A DNA stretch of 58,840 nucleotides from a virus (taxonomy: Duplodnaviria > Caudoviricetes). Under the pieces are notes generated by a model. The model saw nothing but the letters and a program-made list of their open reading frames with translations. It did not search any database and had not been told where the DNA came from. The DNA lies in IMG/VR virus record IMGVR_UViG_3300050119_000051, positions 1 to 58,840 of that record; one strand, 5' to 3'. Shown here piece by piece: positions 19,083-27,153 of the stretch (its first letter is position 1; each line of letters starts with the position of its first letter). Both the position numbers and the translations under genes were made by a program.

Positions 19083-19158
19083 GTTGGAGAAATGGGCGCC
19101 GTCCTACTTGAGTCTGTCACAGGCTAGGCGTAGGGTTCGCGCCTGAGCGTCTTCCAAT
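19083..19158 (+). other. Long interrupted RNA hairpin
   Basis: Nested pairings ttgga/tccaa, gggcgc/gcgcct, cctac/gtagg, agtctg/caggct. Confidence 0.5.
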
Positions 19159-19175
19159 CACTTAAGGAAATACCC

Positions 19176-19565
19176 ATGTCAGCCAATCTCATCTCCGTTA
19201 TCGTCGCTATCGCCAAAGGCGCCAGCGTCAACAGCCCAACTGGTGCGGCGTTTGCCTCTACCAGCGTTGTAGTTACCGATTCCAGCGGCGTCGCGCAGCC
19301 AGCCGTCCTTCTGACCGGTGTCGAAACTCCGACTCCGTGGGCATTCTCGACCAGCGTCAATGTCGGCGCTGGCACTGCGGTAGCAACCGATCTCGATGCC
19401 AATGGCGCAACGCTTGGCGCCCCAGTGTCTCAGTCGTTCACCGAAGCCGGCAGCCCCCCGACCTTCCTGCCGACGACCGGCATCACTGTGACGCCGGTCA
19501 GCGCCGCGACCGCTGCGAGCGCCTCGACTGCAGCCCGCGCTGCTGCTGCTTTGCGCACGCGGTAA
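19176..19565 (+). CDS. Beta-rich, Ig-like putative decoration protein
   Basis: AAGGA RBS; T/S/V/A-rich strand-like sequence. Confidence 0.65.
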   Translation: MSANLISVIVAIAKGASVNSPTGAAFASTSVVVTDSSGVAQPAVLLTGVETPTPWAFSTSVNVGAGTAVATDLDANGATLGAPVSQSFTEAGSPPTFLPTTGITVTPVSAATAASASTAARAAAALRTR

Positions 19566-19783
19566 TGACACGCCAGACGTGGGAAGAGGAACGGGACGCG
19601 CGCATTCTTGCGCGCGTCCTTTTAGTGCTTGAGGAAGTCTTTGAAATTCTGAAGCGCGCGTTTCCTCCTCCGCAATATCGGCCGACGACTGCGATTGTTG
19701 TCACGCCGGCCGCGCCGCGCGCGCCCGTTGTTCAACATGAGTCGCCGCTCTCACATCCGATGCCCTATCTGCCGCCGCGCTGA
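19565..19783 (+). CDS. Small protein sharing a PPx[FY]xPTT[GA]IxVTP motif with the upstream gene
   Basis: TAATG coupling; MTRQTWEEERDARILARVLLVLEEVFEILKRAFPPPQYRPTTAIVVTP. Confidence 0.6.
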   Translation: MTRQTWEEERDARILARVLLVLEEVFEILKRAFPPPQYRPTTAIVVTPAAPRAPVVQHESPLSHPMPYLPPR

Positions 19784-19810
19784 TCCTCCCTACTTTGCGT
19801 GCGGCATCCT

Positions 19811-19837
19811 AAGCCCCTCTTAACGAGGGGCTTTTTT
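19811..19837 (+). terminator. Rho-independent terminator
   Basis: aagcccctc-ttaac-gaggggctt followed by a T-tract. Confidence 0.85.
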
Positions 19838-19973
19838 ATGTTCAACTTGACTTTCGGCGTCGACGCGTGCGATAAACGCGGCTTGGACTGCCTGGCGCAG
19901 TTCTTGGAAGCAAGATTTCAGGTCACTCATAGCCCGGTGCTCATGACGACCTCCGTTCTCGGAGTGCACGCCA

Positions 19974-20594
19974 TTGAGCAATACAAGCGGCCCCTTCGGC
20001 TTCACGCAGAGAGCAGGTCTCGGAAGCTCGCCAACTTACGAATTCGCATCTGGCTACCGCAATGGCGCCATCGCCTACAATGCCGGCGCCATCTACTTCG
20101 GTGATCCAGTAGTCCCAACGAGCACGACCGCTGGCACGCTTGTGCAAGCCGCTGGGGCCGCTGGCAGCAGCACGGTCACGCTGGCTGGCATCTTCTACGG
20201 CTGCAAGTACCTATCGAGCGCGATGAAACGCATCGTCTGGTCAAACTACTGGCCGGGATCGGATGTGGTCAGTGGTGCCCAATCCAGCATCGAAGCCTAC
20301 GTCGTCAACGATCCGAACGCGCAGTTTCTCTGCCAGAGCGATTCTACCGGTGTGGCACAGGCAGACGTCGGCGCCAACTTCGATTTCAATATCGGCACTG
20401 GCACAGCATCGAATGGGCTCTCGGGGGCTTATCTGTTGCATACCGGCGCCGTAACGGCGGCTTTTCCGTTTCGCCTTGTGAGTCTCGTCCTGGATCCGCC
20501 TGGGGCGCCTGGTACCGCAAGTGGGGCGTACAACTACGCGGTCGTGGCGTTTAACAACGTCCAGACCAAGAACACCCTTGCGTACAACGCTTGA
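19974..20594 (+). CDS. Minor capsid or decoration protein
   Basis: Immediately upstream of the MCP; MSNTSGPFGF, IYFGDPV, GIFYGCKY, AYVVNDPNAQF; TTG start with GGAG. Confidence 0.7.
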   Translation: MSNTSGPFGFTQRAGLGSSPTYEFASGYRNGAIAYNAGAIYFGDPVVPTSTTAGTLVQAAGAAGSSTVTLAGIFYGCKYLSSAMKRIVWSNYWPGSDVVSGAQSSIEAYVVNDPNAQFLCQSDSTGVAQADVGANFDFNIGTGTASNGLSGAYLLHTGAVTAAFPFRLVSLVLDPPGAPGTASGAYNYAVVAFNNVQTKNTLAYNA

Positions 20595-20610
20595 GGCAGG
20601 AGCAACGTAA

Positions 20611-21525
20611 ATGGCCATCAATTTAGCTGCGATCAAAGATCTCCTCCTGCCGGGTTTGCGAGGGATCACTGGCAAGTACGAGCAGATCCCGAGCCAGTAC
20701 GACAAAGTTTTCACGAAGTTCAATTCGAAGCTCGCTCTGGAGCGCACGGCCGAGATGCGCTACCTCGGACTCGCGCAGCTCAAGACCGAAGGCGGTCAGA
20801 CGCAGTTCGACAACAACGCCGGTGAGCGCTACGTTTACAATCAGGAGCACGTCGAGATCGCTCTCGGCTATGCGATCACCCGCAAGGCGATCGACGACAA
20901 CCTGTACAAGACCCAGTTTCACCCGTCAAATCTCGGCCTGATGGAGTCTTTCCGCCAGACTCAGGAGGTCTACGCGGCGAACGTACTCAACACCGCGACC
21001 ACGTACAACGCCAATGTCGGCGGCGACGGCGTTGCGCTGTGCGCGACCACGCATCCTGTCGACGGCCTGACGGTCGCCAACACCCCGACCACGCAGGTGG
21101 ATCTGAACGAGTCGACGCTGCTGAACGGAATGGTCGGAATCCGCACGAACTTCCGAGACCAAGCTGGCCTCAAGATGTTCGCGCGCGGTCGCAAGTTGAT
21201 CGTGCCAACGGCGTTAGAGCCGACCGCGATTCGCTTGACCAAGACCGAACTGCGGCCAGGAACTGCCGACAACGATGTCAACGCGATCCTGTCCACGGCG
21301 GGCGGTATCCCAGAAGGCTACCTGGTCATGGACTTCCTGACCTCGTCCTTCTCGTGGTACCTGCTGACGAACATCGCGGGACTGGCGTTCATGGACCGCA
21401 TTCCGTACGAGACGGATATGCAGGTGGACTTCGTGACCGACAATTTGCTTGTTAAAGGGTACTCTCGTTGGAGCTTTAATTACTTCAATTGGCGCGCATT
21501 GTACGGCTCATTCCCGACGTCGTAA
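20611..21525 (+). CDS. Major capsid protein
   Basis: 304 aa; LLLPGLRGITG.Y, IALGYAITRKAIDDNLY, GDGVALC..HP, DFVTDNLLVKG..RWSF...WRALYGS. Confidence 0.85.
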   Translation: MAINLAAIKDLLLPGLRGITGKYEQIPSQYDKVFTKFNSKLALERTAEMRYLGLAQLKTEGGQTQFDNNAGERYVYNQEHVEIALGYAITRKAIDDNLYKTQFHPSNLGLMESFRQTQEVYAANVLNTATTYNANVGGDGVALCATTHPVDGLTVANTPTTQVDLNESTLLNGMVGIRTNFRDQAGLKMFARGRKLIVPTALEPTAIRLTKTELRPGTADNDVNAILSTAGGIPEGYLVMDFLTSSFSWYLLTNIAGLAFMDRIPYETDMQVDFVTDNLLVKGYSRWSFNYFNWRALYGSFPTS

Positions 21526-21537
21526 GGCAGATTCATC

Positions 21538-22122
21538 ATGACTGCCTACGTCACCCCAACTAGCGGCCAAGCGTACCCGGACATTGAGGGCGGCGCGCTG
21601 ACGCAGCCGAATGGCAGTCCGCCGGTGCCGGGCACGCAGCTCACTGGCCCCGTGCTGGCTGGCCCCATCTGGGCGTCTGACGGCAGTACGAATCTGGCAG
21701 GCGTCGGCGGCACGGTCGGCGTCGCCAATTCCGGCTACTCGGTTACCGCGCAGTCCTGCGTCATCACGCAGGCGACGAACGTCGGTGTCGCTGGAAAATT
21801 CGCCTGTCCGATCGTGATCCCGGCGCAGTCGCAGATTCTGCGTATCACGTTGAATGTGACGACGGCCTTTACCGGGAGTGCCACAACGGCAGGTATCGGT
21901 ACCGGGGCTTCGGCGACGGCTCTAACGGCCGCGAACGCCGTGGTGACCTCGGGCGCACTCGGCCAGGTCGCTGTTACCCCAGGCGCTGTGGCCGGAGCGA
22001 TTGCCAACTGGGACAACGTCGGTACGCAGGACGTTCAAATCGTGGTGCAATCGACCAATACCGGAAGCGGCGTCGCCACGCTGACGGTCGAATATTTACC
22101 TCAGATAAATTTGGCCTCGTAG
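21538..22122 (+). CDS. Virion structural (head decoration/fibre) protein
   Basis: After the MCP; IPAQSQIL...VTTAF...TLTVEY pattern. Confidence 0.65.
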   Translation: MTAYVTPTSGQAYPDIEGGALTQPNGSPPVPGTQLTGPVLAGPIWASDGSTNLAGVGGTVGVANSGYSVTAQSCVITQATNVGVAGKFACPIVIPAQSQILRITLNVTTAFTGSATTAGIGTGASATALTAANAVVTSGALGQVAVTPGAVAGAIANWDNVGTQDVQIVVQSTNTGSGVATLTVEYLPQINLAS

Positions 22123-22138
22123 GCACCGGAGATTTGAA

Positions 22139-22471
22139 ATGAAATGGCACATGCGCAAACATCGAGAAACCGGCGGCGTGAACGAGGCCGAAGAGGACAT
22201 CAAGGACAAGCCGGAAGCCCGCACCAACGCGACCAAGGAAGACGAGGAAGCCGAAGAGATGAAGAAAGGCGGCCGCGCGAAACGTAAGCGCGGCGGCAAA
22301 CTCGTCGGCAAGGTTGAAGGCGAGAAAGGCGCGATGCACGCCGGCCGCAAACCGCGCAAGAGCGGCGGTCGATCGAGTTCCGATGCGACGCCGTTCACCA
22401 GTGCGCGCCGCGGCGATGATGCGCCGGGTCGCAAACTCATGAAGGGTGAGCTCGAGGGCGGCGAGGATTGA
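22139..22471 (+). CDS. Small charged protein with four xxxGG motifs
   Basis: RETGG, MKKGG, RKRGG, RKSGG; GGAG RBS. Confidence 0.7.
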   Translation: MKWHMRKHRETGGVNEAEEDIKDKPEARTNATKEDEEAEEMKKGGRAKRKRGGKLVGKVEGEKGAMHAGRKPRKSGGRSSSDATPFTSARRGDDAPGRKLMKGELEGGED

Positions 22472-22514
22472 ATCGGATGACGTAGGGCGACAATGGCCCA
22501 CTGGTGGACTAGAA

Positions 22515-22545
22515 CGGGCCTCTTCGCGAGGCCCGACTCATTTTT
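22515..22545 (+). terminator. Possible terminator hairpin
   Basis: cgggcctc-ttcgc-gaggcccg, with a T-tract 5 nt later. Confidence 0.5.
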
Positions 22546-22554
22546 GGAGAACGT

Positions 22555-23199
22555 ATGAGACGGATCATTTCAAGTGTAGGGCCACTCGCCGTAGCCGCAG
22601 CAAACAACATCGCGCTGTCTCAGACGCCCGCTGGCGCCGGCGCGCTAACGCTAAATGGATCGCTGGTCACTAGTGGTGTCGCAACCCTAGACAACCCGCG
22701 GCGCGTCCTGATCACGACCGCCGACACGACGCACCTATTCACGGTCACTGGCACCACGCCGACAGGCTCGGTAATCAGCGAGGTTGTGGGTCCCATCACG
22801 ACGTCGGCCTATACCGCGCAGGACTTCGCGACCATCACCTCTGTGACGATCAACGGCGCAGCGACGGCCGCTGTGACGGTGGGTACGAACGGGGTTGGCT
22901 CAACGCCTTGGGTGCGCACGGACGAGTGGGCGGATGCAGCTCTGTCGATCCAGTGCGATGTCGTCGGTACGGTGAACTACACCGTACAAGCGTCGAACGA
23001 TGATCCGAACGACCCGACCAATCCGGTACTGCCGAGCGCGATGACGTGGATCAGCACGAATGATCCAAACGGCGTTGCAGCGACTGTGGCGATTCTGACT
23101 AACTACCTGTTCGCTCCGCAGTACGTGCGCGCACTTTTGAATAGCGGCACAGGGTCTGTGTCGATGACCGTGACTCAGTACAACGTGGTGAATCGATGA
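22555..23199 (+). CDS. Virion structural protein
   Basis: Beta-rich; IALSQTP.GAGALTLNG, VNYTVQ.S.DDPN. Confidence 0.7.
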   Translation: MRRIISSVGPLAVAAANNIALSQTPAGAGALTLNGSLVTSGVATLDNPRRVLITTADTTHLFTVTGTTPTGSVISEVVGPITTSAYTAQDFATITSVTINGAATAAVTVGTNGVGSTPWVRTDEWADAALSIQCDVVGTVNYTVQASNDDPNDPTNPVLPSAMTWISTNDPNGVAATVAILTNYLFAPQYVRALLNSGTGSVSMTVTQYNVVNR

Positions 23200-26054
23200 T
23201 GAAAAATATACTGATTTGGCTGGCGCTGCTGGCTCCAGGACTGGTGCTGGCGCAGCCCGCCAACACCTATGTTCCTGGCCCCTCTCCCTACGCGCCTTCT
23301 GGCACGCCGTCGAACGGCCAGTGCCTAGTCTGGAGCTCGACCGCAGGGCCGAACTCGTCAGGAGCCTGGATCAATGCCGCGTGCGGGGGCGGTAGCGGCA
23401 TCACGGCGCTGACTGGTGTGGTGACTGGAACTGGGCCTGGTAGCACGCCTACGTCGTTTGGGTCTGGCGCGACTGCGGCGCTCCCGGCCGGCGCTCTGCC
23501 TTCCGGCGTGACGACCACAGCCGGCGGCGTGCCGACAGGCAATGCCGACACGGCTACGCTTACTAACAAAACTCAAAGCTACGCGAACAACACGTTCATA
23601 GGCTTCGGCCAGATGATTCCCTGCACGGGGACATTCGCGACCGATACGGCGCTCCTGGCTGCTGCTACCGCGATCGGCGGCAACATCACGCTTACTGGCA
23701 ACTGCGTGGTCAACGCGACCACGGTTATCAATTCCAGCACCCTCCTTAACGGTAACGGTTTCAAGATCACAGCGGCTGCTGCTGCAAACTGGTCAGGCAG
23801 TGTTATCAGAGCTGCATTCAATGCAGCGGACGGCGCCACTAACGTCACGATTGAAAATACAACGTGGGACTGGACCGGCGCTCCGGCCAGCACTCACATC
23901 CTGAATTTCGACGACCCTCCGGCGACGTTCTCCAAGATATCAATCTTAAACAATACTGCGCTGGTGGCTCCTGGGGACTTCGTTGCTCTGGTGAATGTGA
24001 CGGATGCCACGATCACCGGCAACAAGGTCGGCGACGCCACTCATGGATGCGCGGGTGCCTGTTTTGATCTCTGGGGCATTGATACCAACGTCGTGGAGAC
24101 CGGCAATTCCGCCTCAGTGGCCTCTGAGGGCATCGGCTATATCTATACCGGCTTCTTCGATTCCTCCCATCCGAGCAATGCGACCAATATCAATATCTCG
24201 CATAACTTCGCCTATCTGATCGACTCCTCAGGCGGGGTGCCGATCGGCATTTATATTCAAGGCTACGAGACGTCGTGCAGCTTCGGTACGACCAACGATG
24301 CCTACAACACGGTCGCGGACAATCAGATTGTGCTCACGGCCGGTGTCAACGGTCGCCCGATCTGGGTCAACTCCTGCGCCTATTACACCGATGTTCACGA
24401 CAACATCATCACCGGCGATAACGTTACTGCGCAGACTGCTCCGGCTATCGAAGTCAACGGATTATCCGGCGCCTCGATAGGCATTCAGATCCACGACAAC
24501 ATAGGCTATGGCTTCCTTGCCCCAACGACGGGATCGGATGCCGGGGATTTCGTCAATAAGGGCTCCAACGGCTCTATCATCAATAACACGTGCTTTAGCT
24601 GCGGCGCGCTGCTGGTCGGAACTACAGGGGTGCAGTCGAGCACCCGTATCTACGGCAATGACAATGGCACCGGTATTGACACCTTTGTTACCCCGGCTAC
24701 CTTCAGCGCCGCCGCGATACTCAACGGCCCGACTTCTGGTACTGGACTCGACGCCTACGCGCTAGCCTATCTGGCAGGCGGCCATCCGGTAGCGGCTTCT
24801 ACTCTGTCATCGACCAGCGCCCCTACCGTGAATGGGGTCGCTGCCCCGGTTAATCTGTTTAGCTGGGGCATTCCTGTCGGCATTCCGCCGTCCGGCTTCT
24901 TCGCGAACAACGGCGTCTATATCGTAGGCCAAGCCCCCGCTTCTAGCGCCACCGTGACATTTGGCGCGACCAGCGGCAGCACGTCGATGACATTCAGCGC
25001 TGGCACGCCGTTCGCCAACGGTGCAGCCGACATCGGGCGCGTCTTGACGGTTCTCGATACCGTCTCGGTCACGGCAACGAGCGCATCGCCTGCCGTGTTC
25101 ACCGGTGACACGCTGCCCAACGGTACGATCATCACTAACATCGGTGGCACGCCGCCCACCGGGTTCTCTGCAGGGACGTTCTACTACGTCGTCAACACGT
25201 CTGGAAACACGTTCCAACTATCCGCGACGCCAGGTGGCACGGCCATCAATTCGTCGAGCACCGGAACATCGGTCACGGTAGCCTCTTACAAGTTCGGTAC
25301 TTGCACGGCAGCGGTCAGTACAACCGTCTGCACGGCGACGATCAGCGGCGGCACGCTATCAACTGCAGGCGCCTGGGCCAACAATGTCATTTGGCTCTCC
25401 GGCAGTCCGACCACGAACATCAGCGCATTCTCTGTGCCGCTGCCTGCAGCGGTCTTGGCTCATGTTTATTTTAATCTTCCGGTCAATGTCATTTCGGCGG
25501 CCACCGCAGCGGGCATCTATAACGCCACCTGCGCGACCTCGACGTTCTGCATTGTCACCAATAACGCGCTAGCCAGCGGCTTGCCTACGATACCGGGAAG
25601 CCCAACGATCTTTGCAACCACGGGAACGGGCGCATTTTCTCAAAGCACTTCAGCGCTTAACATTCTCACCCTGTCTATCCCCGCTAATAGCTTGGGAGCG
25701 AATGGGTCTCTTGTTTCCGATATCTTTGCAAATCGTGATAGCAATGCAAACACCGTTGCATTACAGACTTTCTACGGAGGGGTGCAAACCGCTCAATTCT
25801 CGGTGGTAAGCGTAGTGTGGTATGGGACGCACCGGACTATAAGGAATTTGGGAGCGACAAATTCTCAAGTGCTGTACTGCGCGACGTGCGTGGGTGCGAT
25901 GACTGACGCTACTACGAATAACAATACGAGTAGTACTCTCACGGTTGACAGCACGCAAGCTCAGAACTTCGTCGTAAAGGGCGCATCGACTACGGCAGCA
26001 ACCGACTGGATTTTCACCCTTGGCGGCACGATTCAAGCGAACTACGCGCCATGA
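23196..26054 (+). CDS. Tailspike/fibre-like protein (beta-helix) with Sec signal peptide
   Basis: MMKNILIWLALLAPGLVLA|QP; fibre motifs TPSNGQCLVW, GITALTG, TLTNKT; Asn/Ile-rich beta-helix repeats; YYVVN...TFQLSATPGG tail module. Confidence 0.75.
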   Translation: MMKNILIWLALLAPGLVLAQPANTYVPGPSPYAPSGTPSNGQCLVWSSTAGPNSSGAWINAACGGGSGITALTGVVTGTGPGSTPTSFGSGATAALPAGALPSGVTTTAGGVPTGNADTATLTNKTQSYANNTFIGFGQMIPCTGTFATDTALLAAATAIGGNITLTGNCVVNATTVINSSTLLNGNGFKITAAAAANWSGSVIRAAFNAADGATNVTIENTTWDWTGAPASTHILNFDDPPATFSKISILNNTALVAPGDFVALVNVTDATITGNKVGDATHGCAGACFDLWGIDTNVVETGNSASVASEGIGYIYTGFFDSSHPSNATNINISHNFAYLIDSSGGVPIGIYIQGYETSCSFGTTNDAYNTVADNQIVLTAGVNGRPIWVNSCAYYTDVHDNIITGDNVTAQTAPAIEVNGLSGASIGIQIHDNIGYGFLAPTTGSDAGDFVNKGSNGSIINNTCFSCGALLVGTTGVQSSTRIYGNDNGTGIDTFVTPATFSAAAILNGPTSGTGLDAYALAYLAGGHPVAASTLSSTSAPTVNGVAAPVNLFSWGIPVGIPPSGFFANNGVYIVGQAPASSATVTFGATSGSTSMTFSAGTPFANGAADIGRVLTVLDTVSVTATSASPAVFTGDTLPNGTIITNIGGTPPTGFSAGTFYYVVNTSGNTFQLSATPGGTAINSSSTGTSVTVASYKFGTCTAAVSTTVCTATISGGTLSTAGAWANNVIWLSGSPTTNISAFSVPLPAAVLAHVYFNLPVNVISAATAAGIYNATCATSTFCIVTNNALASGLPTIPGSPTIFATTGTGAFSQSTSALNILTLSIPANSLGANGSLVSDIFANRDSNANTVALQTFYGGVQTAQFSVVSVVWYGTHRTIRNLGATNSQVLYCATCVGAMTDATTNNNTSSTLTVDSTQAQNFVVKGASTTAATDWIFTLGGTIQANYAP

Positions 26055-26103
26055 TATGCACTGGATGAGGAAGCGAAGCATGCAATTACGAGAGGTCTTG
26101 TTT

Positions 26104-27153
26104 ATGAAACGAGTATTGCTGCTCACGCTCCTATTGCCGCTGACCTGCTTGGCGCAGAGTCCTGGCGTCGGGTTGACGTCGATAACCGCCGCTAGCAATG
26201 TCGTCGGGAACGAACTGATATTCGCTTGGCAACAAGGGAGTGGTGGCAGTGGGGTTAATGCCTGTATCAGCGGGTGGTGCCCGATCACATTCACGCCCGC
26301 TCTGCTGAACACCTATTTCTCTGGTGGTGGTGGTACTCCGGCGAATCCCACCGCAAAGGTCGGAACGTCCGCCGTCAACGGCTCTGCTACCACGTACATG
26401 CGTTCGGATGCCGCGCCGCCTATTGACCTGACGTTCTCGCCGACGTGGACCGGCACGCATACATTTAACGGCACGATCGCAGGAACTGCGCTCTCGGCCT
26501 ACCTAGCTGCTCCTCCTGCGATAGGCGGCACAACGCCAGCGGCTGGCGCCTTCTCAAGTCTGAAGGATACCGGCATTAGCGGTTCGACGCAGTGTTTGCA
26601 TGCGAGTACCGCAGGTATCATATCTGGAACTGGCTCGGATTGCGGCAGCGGCGGTTCTAGCGCATTCAGCACGCTCACCAGTGGCACGAATACGTCGGCT
26701 GCAATGATAGTCGGAAGCGGCGCATCTTTGGCGGCTACCGGATCCGGAAGCATCGCCGCCACGAGTCTCAGCGGCATGACCGCCCCAAGTACGAGTGGGG
26801 TATTAGGTTATCTGGGGCTGCCGGAACCACGCGGAGTGCTTACCGGAGCGGTGACTATCGCGTTGACCGATAACAGCAACGTGCTGCATTTCAATTGCAC
26901 GTCGGCCTGCACGCAAAACATCCCTGCAAATTCAGGAGCTGGCAGCGTCGCGTTCCCGGTCGGTGCGGTGCTAATATTCGACAATGACTGCACCGCGACC
27001 ACAGCTCTCACTGTGACCCTCAGCAGCGATACGATGTACTTAAGTCCACTGCCATCGGTCACCGGTACGCGAAGCGTATCGATCTGCGGGGAGATGTTCG
27101 CGCGCAAAGAAACCTCTACGACTTGGAAAGTGACTGGTACTGGAGTCACATGA
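26104..27153 (+). CDS. Tail-fibre-like protein with Sec signal peptide
   Basis: MKRVLLLTLLLPLTCLA|QS; fibre repeats NGSATTYMRSDAAP and AIGGTTPAAGAF; C-terminal IPANS..VAFPVG...TGTRS...TTWKVTG domain. Confidence 0.75.
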   Translation: MKRVLLLTLLLPLTCLAQSPGVGLTSITAASNVVGNELIFAWQQGSGGSGVNACISGWCPITFTPALLNTYFSGGGGTPANPTAKVGTSAVNGSATTYMRSDAAPPIDLTFSPTWTGTHTFNGTIAGTALSAYLAAPPAIGGTTPAAGAFSSLKDTGISGSTQCLHASTAGIISGTGSDCGSGGSSAFSTLTSGTNTSAAMIVGSGASLAATGSGSIAATSLSGMTAPSTSGVLGYLGLPEPRGVLTGAVTIALTDNSNVLHFNCTSACTQNIPANSGAGSVAFPVGAVLIFDNDCTATTALTVTLSSDTMYLSPLPSVTGTRSVSICGEMFARKETSTTWKVTGTGVT

